A stretch of 64,000 nt of DNA from an uncultured Candidatus Bathyarchaeia archaeon. Lineage in GTDB: Archaea > Thermoproteota > Bathyarchaeia > Bathyarchaeales > Bathyarchaeaceae. The translations under genes and the position numbers were made by a program. The stretch spans positions 5,804-69,803 of the forward strand of contig CAZCYX010000001.1 in assembly GCA_964503065.1 (NCBI GenBank). The letters run 5' to 3'. How positions within the stretch are numbered: position 1 is the stretch's first letter; every line of letters starts with the position of its first letter. The notes under the pieces were generated by a model. It had not been told where the DNA came from. It ran no database searches and was given only the letters and a program-made list of their open reading frames with translations. This document shows, piece by piece, positions 55,685 through 64,000 of the stretch.

Positions 55685-58600
55685 ATGTCTCGGAGAGGAA
55701 AGGTGAAAGAAGTTCTGAGTAAGGCTGAGGAACTGGAGAAGAAATACGACTGGGTAGAGGCGGCGGAGTTCTATGAACAAGCTTTACGTGCGGTTAGAAA
55801 AAGGGATCTTTCGAAGTCTGGGGAGATTCAGGAGAGGATTAGCTATTGTCTTTATCGGGGTGCCTTTCAAAGTGAAACTCAGAAGGAGTTTAAGAGTCGT
55901 ATGTTGGAGGCTGTTAGGGCTTATGAAAAGGCAGCTGAGGCGTATGAGGAAGTTGAACACGCTAGGGGCTTATACTGTAACGCTATGGCCTTCTATACCA
56001 ACTCTTGGACGCTAATAGATGCATTTAGAAAGAAGGAGATCTTAGATGACTGCGAAAGACTACTAAAGGAGGCCATGAAGGCTTTTGAAGAATCGAGGGA
56101 TCGCTTAGGCTATGGAAAGGCATGTAACGACCTGCTATTTTGTCTCCTGGATAGAAGAGACTTAGAATGGGATCACACTGAGAACAAAAGACGCCTTGAG
56201 GAAGCTGTAGAGCACGGTCAAAAAGTCCTCTCTACACTCTCCGAGGTTGGCGACAAAAGAGAAGTCGCTCGCGCTTATGTCATAGTAGGCTTTCACTACG
56301 TCTTAGCAACAATTCAACAACAAGAAGAAGAGAAGAGGAAGGAGTTCATCCAGACAGCACTAACGTACGCAGAGAAAGCGTTGAGACTTTCGAAGAAAAC
56401 TGGAGACGCATCTCTTATCGCTTGGTCGAACTTTCTGGCAGCTTTTACTCAATTCAGTTTAACTGGTAATCTAGAACTTTCTCTGAGATACACTGAAGAA
56501 TCGTTGCACGAAGCGAAGAAGACAAAAGACCGGTTCCTAATAGGATACGCACAGGAAGACATGACAGGTATCATTTGTTCGACAATGGCCACAGAGGAGG
56601 ATCCAGACAAGAGGAGAGAAGGGTATGAAAGAGTTATACGGTATGCCGAAGACGCTGTGCGTCATTATCTCATAGTCTGTCGTTACGACGCTCTTCCCAG
56701 CGTTTGTAAAGAATACATCGAAAGCTGTAACTCCTTGGCATGCGAAGTTGAAACTGATCCTGAAGAAAAACGCAGTCTCTTAGAGAGGGCAATTGAGGTT
56801 GGGCAAGAAGGCTTGGAATACGCTAAGCAATCAGGAGTTCCTAGCATAATAGTTGTGCACCACGGCCTGAGCAAAGCTCTCTATAACCTTGCCAGAATGG
56901 AAATACAGATCACTGAGAAAAGGCGGCTCCTTGAAGAAGCCTTAAAGTATAGAAAAGAATCCATTAACATCAGTGAACGGACAAAGTCCCTCTTTTTTTA
57001 CTGGAATCGTGGCGTGTTTCAAAACTATGCGGCTTTGATAAAAGCCGAATTGGCCATAATAGAGATGGACAGCGAAAAGAAAAAGCTTCTTTTAGAAGAA
57101 GCCGTCTTACACATGGAAAAATGCATCGAACTATGCACTAAATGGACAAGAAGTTTCCCCCAAGCCATGCTTTTTACAGTTCTCGGGTGGTACTATGGCT
57201 GGTATGGAGGCATCCTAAATCAATTATACTCGCTTACAAGTGAGGAAGAGACTCTAGAGAAGGCTATAAAAGTATACCGAGGAGCAGCCGAGACGTACCA
57301 AAAGGCGGAACTTCCCAGTCGTGTGGCTGAGACCTACTGGCACACGGCAAGGCTTTACGACCAACTTAGAGAACACACTAAATCTGAACACAACTTTCAA
57401 TCAGCATCAGAAAACTACAAGCTGGCAGCTGAGAAAATCCCGCAGCTAAAAGAGTTCTACATGGATCATGTGTTGTATATGCAAGCATGGTCCGAAATCG
57501 AGAAAGCAAAACACCATCACGCAGAAAACCATTATGGACGGGCAAAAGAGCACTACGAGAAGACCGCCGACCTTCACAAGTCAACAGAGAAATGGAACTA
57601 CCTAAGCACGAATTACTTGGCATGGGCTCGACTAGAAGAAGCAGAAGACCTGAGCCGAAGAGAACAAACCGAACAAGCGAGAGACTTCTTCCAACAAGCA
57701 GCCAATCTGTTTGTAGATGCACAGAAATCAATCCAAACAAAATCAGAAAAAATCGAAAGCAAAGACGAGAAGGAAATACTAGCTAACCTAGCCAAGGCTT
57801 CAAACATAAGACGTGAATACTGTCTTGGAAGGATTGCCCTTGAAGAGGCAAAAATCCTCGACAGACAGGGCAACCATGCTGCCAGTTCTAAAAAATATGG
57901 TTCTGCAATCGAAAAATTCCAACACGTAGCTGGTGCCATGGAAGATGAGGCAGATCGCCAAGAAATCAAACCGATAGTTTGTCTCTGTCAGGCTTGGCAG
58001 ATGATAACGCGAGCGGAAGCGGAAGCCTCACCTGACCTGTATAAGGAGGCATCCAAACTCTTCGAGGAAGCCAAAGAACACATCTTCGATGAGAAAGCCA
58101 AAGTATTAGCATTGGGTCACAGCAGTTTCTGCAAGGCGCTTGAAGCAGGCACAAGATTCGAAGCAACCGGAGACATCACAATGTACTCAGAAGCTAAAAA
58201 ACACTTGGAAGCCTCCGCAAAATATTATCTCAAAGTCGGCTTCAAAACCGCCTCAGAATATGCCAGAGGTACTAATAGGCTTTTTGACGCCTACACGTAC
58301 ATGAACAAAGCAGAGATAGAGTCAAATCCGAAGAAAAAAGCAGAGTATTATCGAATGGCTGAAAAACTCCTACAAGCTTCAGCTGGCTCTTACATGAAAG
58401 CGAAGCATCCTGAGAAAAGCGAGCAGGTTCAGAGGCTTCTGGAAAGCGTTAAAGAGGAACGACAACTCGTCATGTCACTGACTGAGGTTTTACATGTACC
58501 ACTAGCGACTTCAACCACCGCAACATTCACAACGCCCACTCCAGGAGAAGAAACACCTACCGGACTAGAACGATTTGAACATGCAGACGTACAAGCCAAC

Positions 58601-58975
58601 CTGATTCTTAGAGTAAGAGAAGTAAAAGTTGGCGAAGATATAAACTTGGAGATAGAACTTGTTAACGCAGGAAAGGCACCCGCCTTATTGATTAAAGTTG
58701 AGGAAGTTGTTCCAAGAGACTTTGAGGTGAAAAGAGCCCCCGAAATCTACAGGGTTGAAGACAGCTATCTCAATATGAAGGGAAGAAGACTTGCTCCCCT
58801 TAAAACTGAAGAGATCAGGCTTGTCCTTAGACCCGCAACCAAGGGAACCTTCATTCTGAAACCAAGAATAATGTACCTCGACGAAACAGGCAAATACAAG
58901 GCACACGAACCAGAACCAGTAACCATCACAGTTAAAGAACTTGGAATCAAAGGCTGGATAAAAGGAGAAAAATAA
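55685..58975 (+). CDS. large (1096 aa) TPR-like all-alpha repeat protein with C-terminal beta-sandwich (CARDB/NEW3-like) domain
   Basis: About 950 aa of helical repeats rich in A/E/K/Y with recurring EA...Y..A motifs. The C-terminal segment is EDINLEIELVNAGKAPALLIKVEE...GTFILKPRIMYLDE. Confidence 0.55.
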   Translation: MSRRGKVKEVLSKAEELEKKYDWVEAAEFYEQALRAVRKRDLSKSGEIQERISYCLYRGAFQSETQKEFKSRMLEAVRAYEKAAEAYEEVEHARGLYCNAMAFYTNSWTLIDAFRKKEILDDCERLLKEAMKAFEESRDRLGYGKACNDLLFCLLDRRDLEWDHTENKRRLEEAVEHGQKVLSTLSEVGDKREVARAYVIVGFHYVLATIQQQEEEKRKEFIQTALTYAEKALRLSKKTGDASLIAWSNFLAAFTQFSLTGNLELSLRYTEESLHEAKKTKDRFLIGYAQEDMTGIICSTMATEEDPDKRREGYERVIRYAEDAVRHYLIVCRYDALPSVCKEYIESCNSLACEVETDPEEKRSLLERAIEVGQEGLEYAKQSGVPSIIVVHHGLSKALYNLARMEIQITEKRRLLEEALKYRKESINISERTKSLFFYWNRGVFQNYAALIKAELAIIEMDSEKKKLLLEEAVLHMEKCIELCTKWTRSFPQAMLFTVLGWYYGWYGGILNQLYSLTSEEETLEKAIKVYRGAAETYQKAELPSRVAETYWHTARLYDQLREHTKSEHNFQSASENYKLAAEKIPQLKEFYMDHVLYMQAWSEIEKAKHHHAENHYGRAKEHYEKTADLHKSTEKWNYLSTNYLAWARLEEAEDLSRREQTEQARDFFQQAANLFVDAQKSIQTKSEKIESKDEKEILANLAKASNIRREYCLGRIALEEAKILDRQGNHAASSKKYGSAIEKFQHVAGAMEDEADRQEIKPIVCLCQAWQMITRAEAEASPDLYKEASKLFEEAKEHIFDEKAKVLALGHSSFCKALEAGTRFEATGDITMYSEAKKHLEASAKYYLKVGFKTASEYARGTNRLFDAYTYMNKAEIESNPKKKAEYYRMAEKLLQASAGSYMKAKHPEKSEQVQRLLESVKEERQLVMSLTEVLHVPLATSTTATFTTPTPGEETPTGLERFEHADVQANLILRVREVKVGEDINLEIELVNAGKAPALLIKVEEVVPRDFEVKRAPEIYRVEDSYLNMKGRRLAPLKTEEIRLVLRPATKGTFILKPRIMYLDETGKYKAHEPEPVTITVKELGIKGWIKGEK

Positions 58976-59051
58976 CCAACCTCTCTTGTATGCATGCATT
59001 AACATTAGCTTGTCTATATGTATATGAGTAGACTCTAATTATTTGCTTATG

Positions 59052-60269
59052 TTATTCCCAGACGAGCGGCAACCGACCTCCGAAAGGAAAGCCTTTCGGA
59101 AACAGTCCATCGATAAGTCTCACAATTTTTTTACCCTTTATAGATAATGCATTTTCTTGTAACAGGTCATGTATGCTTTTGTAGCCTGTTATTAGCGGAT
59201 TAAGAGAGGCAAGAGATATGTTAAGTTGAAAATCGCCAGCGGTAACATCTGTGTTAACTGTGACTCTGCCTTGAGTAATCTCAAGTTGAGCTGCACCTTC
59301 TTCACTTACAATGTTTAGTGTTGATGTTAAGTTGTGAAACTCAGAATGAGCCAGCCTCTTCTCAAACTCTTTCTTCATTTTCTTGAGGAGTGAAACCAAA
59401 TTGAGGACTCGAATCATACCGGCTCCGCTTCGAGTGACTCTTTGCTCAGCATTTTTCCAGAGAGCGAAACTAGCGAAAGGATGATCTGGAGGAACAATAC
59501 AAAAGAATTCTTTGATTCTCCTTTCTATGGCTAACTGAAGCGTACGGTTAAAAACTGCTCCACAAGCAAGGTCATTCAGCGCACCTACCTCTATGACATG
59601 TTCCGTGGGGTTCTGAAGAGTAAGCACAACATATCCTATGATTTCGCCTTTCTGGTTAACAATGGTTTCAAAGTCTACGTTAGGATTTCGGGGTTTCCAT
59701 TCGTATAGTTCTGGCGAACGAACTTCAGCGCATGTTCTTGTGGCAGTGTTATTGTGATAGATTTTTGTGACCTCTTTAATACAATATTCGTCAAAAGGCT
59801 CCAAGGTGTACGGTTCTGTCTCAACTTTTCTGCATCGTTCTGGGTTTATGACTAGACGTGGATATGGCATAGCGGGTGAATAGCCGTATTTTGGATATAG
59901 CCAGGGATGGCCCCATAGAAGGGTCATGTCGATGTTTTGTTTCATCATGTAGGTAATGGCGTCTCTCATAACTGCTGAGCAGTATCCCTTTCTTTGATAT
60001 TCAGGGTGAGTGGCAACTGGCGCAACCATCGCTCCCTCAACGATAGCCGTTCCTATTCGCATTGGACGCCGAATAATCAGCATCATGCTAACAATCTTGC
60101 CTTCCACTTCGGTGACGCGTAAGTCGCCTTCATGAAAGTTCGGGTCCTCAGTGGTTGTTACTTCAACTATGCAACGCTCTAAGTCGGTGCCATTATCTTG
60201 TTGAAATGCACGATACACCATCTCACCTACTTCTTCGTACTCTTCAGGCGTAGCTGCTCTTACTTCCAT
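59052..60269 (-). CDS. Eis-like GNAT acetyltransferase with SCP2-like C-terminal domain
   Basis: GNAT core QRKGYCSAVMRDAI. 405 aa three-domain size typical of the Eis family. Confidence 0.65.
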   Translation of the reverse strand: MEVRAATPEEYEEVGEMVYRAFQQDNGTDLERCIVEVTTTEDPNFHEGDLRVTEVEGKIVSMMLIIRRPMRIGTAIVEGAMVAPVATHPEYQRKGYCSAVMRDAITYMMKQNIDMTLLWGHPWLYPKYGYSPAMPYPRLVINPERCRKVETEPYTLEPFDEYCIKEVTKIYHNNTATRTCAEVRSPELYEWKPRNPNVDFETIVNQKGEIIGYVVLTLQNPTEHVIEVGALNDLACGAVFNRTLQLAIERRIKEFFCIVPPDHPFASFALWKNAEQRVTRSGAGMIRVLNLVSLLKKMKKEFEKRLAHSEFHNLTSTLNIVSEEGAAQLEITQGRVTVNTDVTAGDFQLNISLASLNPLITGYKSIHDLLQENALSIKGKKIVRLIDGLFPKGFPFGGRLPLVWE

Positions 60270-60456
60270 GTTGTATTCACCAGTCTTTGCTTAAACCCAT
60301 TACCAAAATGTAGTCGCACTACCTCTCCACTATAAATACTTTCGTGCGGATGATACTGTCAACTTATCCTGGATCAATAAATAGCGCATATATGTGTCTG
60401 AGGAGAATAAGAACTTCAAAACGTTTGTATCAGCAATTACACTGCATGAACATCCT

Positions 60457-61143
60457 TTATTCTATGTATTTGAAGATTTCTTTAAAATTAGCGATTGTCC
60501 TTAAGCCTATGTTTCTACTGGTTTTATTTTCCGTTCTTTGGATCAATATAGCTTTTATTCCCACTTTCTCTGCTGCCTTGTAGTCAGCATCCATATTGTC
60601 TCCAATAAACAAGGTTTCTTCTGGTTTAACGTTCAGTCTTTGAAGAGCATATTCGAGAACATCTGGGTGAGGCTTTGCTTTGCCTATGGTGTTTGCCCCT
60701 ATAATAACATCGAAGAGTTCCTTTTGAAGGGTTACTTTTTCCAAAATGGTATGCACATCTTCTTTATAAGCTCCCGAAACAAGTCCTATTTTCAAATTCA
60801 TCCTTTTCAGTTTATACAATGTCTCCTTGACATCAAAATAAATCTCATAATCTGCATAATCAAACCAACTTGCCCCAATATCCCTGATGAGTTTCTCATC
60901 TTTAGGAAGCCCTAAATGCCTTAAAACAAGCGAATCCCATTTATGCCAGAACTTTCTGTAGGAAACTTTGCCACACATCGACCGAAAGTCAAACTCTTTT
61001 CCTGCTTTCTCAAGTGCCTCCTTTATTTCCTCAACTGATCTACTAATTCCCAAGGAACCCAAGACTTTCTGAAATGTCACTTCAGGCACGCACACCTTAA
61101 CCAGAGTGTTCCCCAAGTCACAAAAGACTGCCTTGATTTTCAA
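60457..61143 (-). CDS. HAD-superfamily hydrolase
   Basis: Motif I variant FCDLGNTL, motif II VSGA, motif III/IV K...GDNMDADYKAA. Confidence 0.78.
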   Translation of the reverse strand: MKIKAVFCDLGNTLVKVCVPEVTFQKVLGSLGISRSVEEIKEALEKAGKEFDFRSMCGKVSYRKFWHKWDSLVLRHLGLPKDEKLIRDIGASWFDYADYEIYFDVKETLYKLKRMNLKIGLVSGAYKEDVHTILEKVTLQKELFDVIIGANTIGKAKPHPDVLEYALQRLNVKPEETLFIGDNMDADYKAAEKVGIKAILIQRTENKTSRNIGLRTIANFKEIFKYIE

Positions 61144-61478
61144 GATGACACACCTCTCGTTACCAGTATGTTCTAAACTCTTCTTACATTTTACTCTAAG
61201 TTCTAATGAAGAAGGCTAGCACGGCTAGATGTCCAGATGGCTATACAAGGACTTACAGAACTATTTTGAAAGAATAACCGAGAGACAAGTGAAATCAATG
61301 AAGATTCTTCTTCAATAGTGTTCAACAATTTGATCCATATTTTTCTTATCAAAGATTCGTGCATACCTAATTATTTATCATGAATAAAGTTAGCAATATC
61401 GTATGGGCAAGTGCCCTTTTTTCTAGCATTAACTGAAATTGCACAGCTTTTTTATCCTCCTGAAGTCAAGATAAAATC

Positions 61479-62549
61479 ATGAATTACCCAGTGAAGAACT
61501 TCATCAAGTGTATGATCAGCAACTTCATTCTGAAAAAGCCTACCCCCTTATTTATCAGTCTTGAAGTCACGAGGAGATGCAATGCCAAATGCCCTTTCTG
61601 TGGTTACTGGAGACTGAAGGAACCAGAACTCTCAGTGAAAGAAATCAAAGGAATTCTTGATGAAGCATATGATCTGGGCTATTCTATTGCGGTAATAACG
61701 GGTGGAGAACCCCTCCTAAGAAGAGACCTATCATCCATATTAAAATATGCAAAAGAAATCGGATTATCAGTCATCCTCCTCTCTAACGGTTATCTACTCA
61801 AAGACCGTATACACGACTTTTACAAGTACGTTGACGCAGTCAATGTAAGCATAGACTTTCCAGATACTCGCCATGATAAAAATCGTGGTTTAAACGGATT
61901 GCTAGAAAGAGCAGTTTCTGGCATAAAATTTTTGCGAGTCCATGAAATAGCCACAAACATAAACTGTGTTGTAACAGGAAAACACAGTCTAGAAGATGTG
62001 AGAAAAATCTTATTCTTAGCCAAAGAATTAGACAGTCAGTTTACTTTTTCACCTATTTTTATTACACCCCATCAGTACCCTCATGGCTCAATTTTAGGAG
62101 AAACCTTAGAGAAAGACGAAAATATAATGAGGGTGGACAATTGGAATCTTGTTAAATCGGTTGCAGACATGCTTCTCTATTACAAAAAACATGGATTCCG
62201 AAAAACGATACAGAACAGTAGCGCATACCTCAAGTTGGTAAGAGACAAGGGTGGATTCACATGCTTCCCCTTTTCGTTCCAATTTGCAGTTTCGAGTAAC
62301 GGAACAGTAAGCGCAGTCTGTCCTGCTAGCTTGTTTGGGTCACACAATTTAGGCAATGCATTGAAACAAAATTTAAAGGACATTTGGTATTCCAGAAAGG
62401 CAGAGATAATACGAGATAAATTCAAGAAATGCGAGTTGTCACAAGCATTGGGTTGCTATCTTTTCTGTGTGGCGGAACCTTCCCTACCTTTCACTGACCC
62501 CACGACCATTATAGACTACATAAGAAAGGGATTAGAAACTCTACGTTAG
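61479..62549 (+). CDS. radical SAM protein with C-terminal Cys-rich (twitch/SPASM-like) extension
   Basis: CNAKCPFCGYW CxxxCxxC motif, GGEPLL, additional C-terminal cysteines. Confidence 0.78.
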   Translation: MNYPVKNFIKCMISNFILKKPTPLFISLEVTRRCNAKCPFCGYWRLKEPELSVKEIKGILDEAYDLGYSIAVITGGEPLLRRDLSSILKYAKEIGLSVILLSNGYLLKDRIHDFYKYVDAVNVSIDFPDTRHDKNRGLNGLLERAVSGIKFLRVHEIATNINCVVTGKHSLEDVRKILFLAKELDSQFTFSPIFITPHQYPHGSILGETLEKDENIMRVDNWNLVKSVADMLLYYKKHGFRKTIQNSSAYLKLVRDKGGFTCFPFSFQFAVSSNGTVSAVCPASLFGSHNLGNALKQNLKDIWYSRKAEIIRDKFKKCELSQALGCYLFCVAEPSLPFTDPTTIIDYIRKGLETLR

Positions 62550-62623
62550 ACTTATTATGCATGAGAAACATAAACCCCTTTCTCTAAAATACTTAGCAGA
62601 ACTAAAAGAAAAATAGACTAATT

Positions 62624-64000
62624 CTATTCTTGGACCAAGCAGTGTTTCAAGTAGTCGTTCAAGGTTTTGCCAGGCACCACTTCCAACTTATAATCTCTAG
62701 TATCAATAGAATAGTCAAAGTTCTTCTGTGGAACCACCACTTTCTTAAATCCCCACGCTTCAGCAGCCTTAATCTTCTCATACAACCCTCCAACAGCAGT
62801 AACCAGCATGGGACCATCAGCTCCCAGGTTGATTTCACCAGTCACTGCAACATCTTGTCTAACAGACTTGCCTTCAAGCAAAGAACACAACAGAATAGCC
62901 ATCGTAACTCCTGCAGATGGGCCGTCAACTCCATAGGCTTGTGCAAAATCGATATGCGTCAAGTAGTCCTGAGCAATGTCCATACCATACTTTTGGAGTA
63001 TCACGCTTCTCACTTTGGCTATACTGTCAGATATGAACTTCTCTCCTTTGGCTATACCTGTTACTTTGAAGTATCCTTTTATCGGAAGCTTTCTGGGGTT
63101 AACACTGTTCTTAATCATCTGCGCCTTTACGCACAAAACGTTGCCGGTCTTCTCTCCGCTGTACGGGTCTGACACAACAGCTAACCCATAGATTTGTCCA
63201 AGCTTGTTACCCTCTGGCTTAATCTCCAAAAGTTTACCTCGCTCGTTTAGTTGGTGTTCAAGTATTTGCCTCTGTATGGTTTTACAGTGTTTTTCTATGG
63301 CTTCTTTGACATGCTTTCTTTTCACAATCTTTGCGCCTTCATTCATAGCAAGAGTAGCTGCAGTCTTGATTATGGCGATAAGAGGTCTAAACTTTGTAGT
63401 CAACGCATTTTTATTGCTTCTACGTCTACCCTCAGCAATGATTTCTTCGCATGCTTCTCTGCTGAACGGAATCAAATGGAAACGATTTATTTCTTGCGCA
63501 ATGAACTGTACATATTTTCTTCTGTTCTCTACAGTGTTAGGCATGTCGTTGTTCATCCTAACTACTTTGCCATAGCCGTAGATTCTATCCATTAAAGCAG
63601 GATGAATCTGATTGATGCTGTCAAAGTTTCCTGCACCCACCAGAAATGTCATACATGGCACAGGTTGCGTGGATACTGACATCGCTGCTGTATCTCCACC
63701 GTGCCATCTTCCCCTTAAAGTGATTGGTAATTGTCCGTCTTCAAGAACTGTTAGGAGAGTAACTACCTCCTCTGGGACAAAATTCTTAATCTCATCAATG
63801 TAGAGAATCCCCAAACACGATCTGTGCACATCTCCTGCTGAAACTCTTTGATGTTCTGGAGTTCCCATTCCTCCCGTTTGATAGGGGTCCCAAGCGATGG
63901 AACCGAACAATTGGGAACTTCGATGCCCAGTAGCATCCACAAAAGGAGCTTGCTCAGAACTGTTATCAACTATCAGTTTCGGAATATCTGTTTGTTGAGA
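62624..64000 (-). CDS. lonB: archaeal Lon protease (LonB), 5' end outside window
   Basis: Frame is open to the window edge (SQQTDIPKLIVDNSSEQAPFVDATGH...). AAA+ sensor region, and a Lon proteolytic domain with DGPSAGVTM (catalytic Ser). Confidence 0.85.
   Translation of the reverse strand, partial: SQQTDIPKLIVDNSSEQAPFVDATGHRSSQLFGSIAWDPYQTGGMGTPEHQRVSAGDVHRSCLGILYIDEIKNFVPEEVVTLLTVLEDGQLPITLRGRWHGGDTAAMSVSTQPVPCMTFLVGAGNFDSINQIHPALMDRIYGYGKVVRMNNDMPNTVENRRKYVQFIAQEINRFHLIPFSREACEEIIAEGRRRSNKNALTTKFRPLIAIIKTAATLAMNEGAKIVKRKHVKEAIEKHCKTIQRQILEHQLNERGKLLEIKPEGNKLGQIYGLAVVSDPYSGEKTGNVLCVKAQMIKNSVNPRKLPIKGYFKVTGIAKGEKFISDSIAKVRSVILQKYGMDIAQDYLTHIDFAQAYGVDGPSAGVTMAILLCSLLEGKSVRQDVAVTGEINLGADGPMLVTAVGGLYEKIKAAEAWGFKKVVVPQKNFDYSIDTRDYKLEVVPGKTLNDYLKHCLVQE

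Noticed and set aside
61206-61277. A 23-aa ORF (MKKASTARCPDGYTRTYRTILKE) about 200 nt upstream of the radical SAM gene, as a possible RiPP precursor.
   Set aside because: It has a single cysteine, no leader/core repeat pattern, no obvious ribosome-binding context, and no further maturation or export genes nearby. The evidence is insufficient to call it.
1-64000. A search by eye for CRISPR arrays, transposases, integrases, rRNA genes and prophage-like blocks.
   Set aside because: There are no regularly spaced direct repeats, no DDE/tyrosine-recombinase motifs and no rRNA-like conserved stretches. The only tandem repeats are the coding B-repeat domains at 7455-8110.

Overview
The window reads as a chromosomal segment of an AT-rich archaeon. 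The taxonomic guess (TACK-like, possibly Bathyarchaeia) is inference only. Coding density is high and dominated by housekeeping genes. These include pelota, a family-B DNA polymerase, DnaG primase, FEN-1, TyrRS, PheRS alpha and beta, TrpRS, GlmS, diphthine synthase, Trm5, a TtuA/NcsA-type thiolase, LonB, RibL and an HTH-RibK fusion. I also call an SRP (7S) RNA and an intron-containing tRNA-Lys(CUU). Accessory content includes two large secreted proteins that share an unusual dockerin-like module: a beta-helix/B-repeat/CARDB protein and an S8 subtilisin. The subtilisin is preceded by two BsuPI-like inhibitor-fold genes. There is also an ArsR / divergent CooS-type CODH / Cys-rich protein / CopA block, and a NapH-like polyferredoxin paired with a TlpA-like redoxin. 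No transposase, integrase or CRISPR array was seen. The most interesting signal is in the pcm gene (protein-L-isoaspartate O-methyltransferase), which is split into two frames by a 31-nt insert. That insert folds into a textbook bulge-helix-bulge (BHB) motif, and cutting at the canonical bulge positions exactly restores ...GQTISAPH|MVSIMDE.... This suggests an archaeal protein-coding mRNA intron spliced by the tRNA splicing endonuclease. The tRNA-Lys in the same window has a 24-nt BHB intron at non-canonical position 30/31 with the same cleavage geometry, which serves as an internal control. Other notable points: a roughly 45-nt conserved element in three dispersed intergenic regions, a structured GC-rich 350-nt intergenic region (candidate ncRNA), a PolB with degenerate exonuclease motifs plus a 1-nt frameshift, and a CooS homolog with a CX2C D-cluster motif and an apparent Cys-to-Glu change at a C-cluster ligand. 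All homology calls come from motif recognition by eye; no searches were run.
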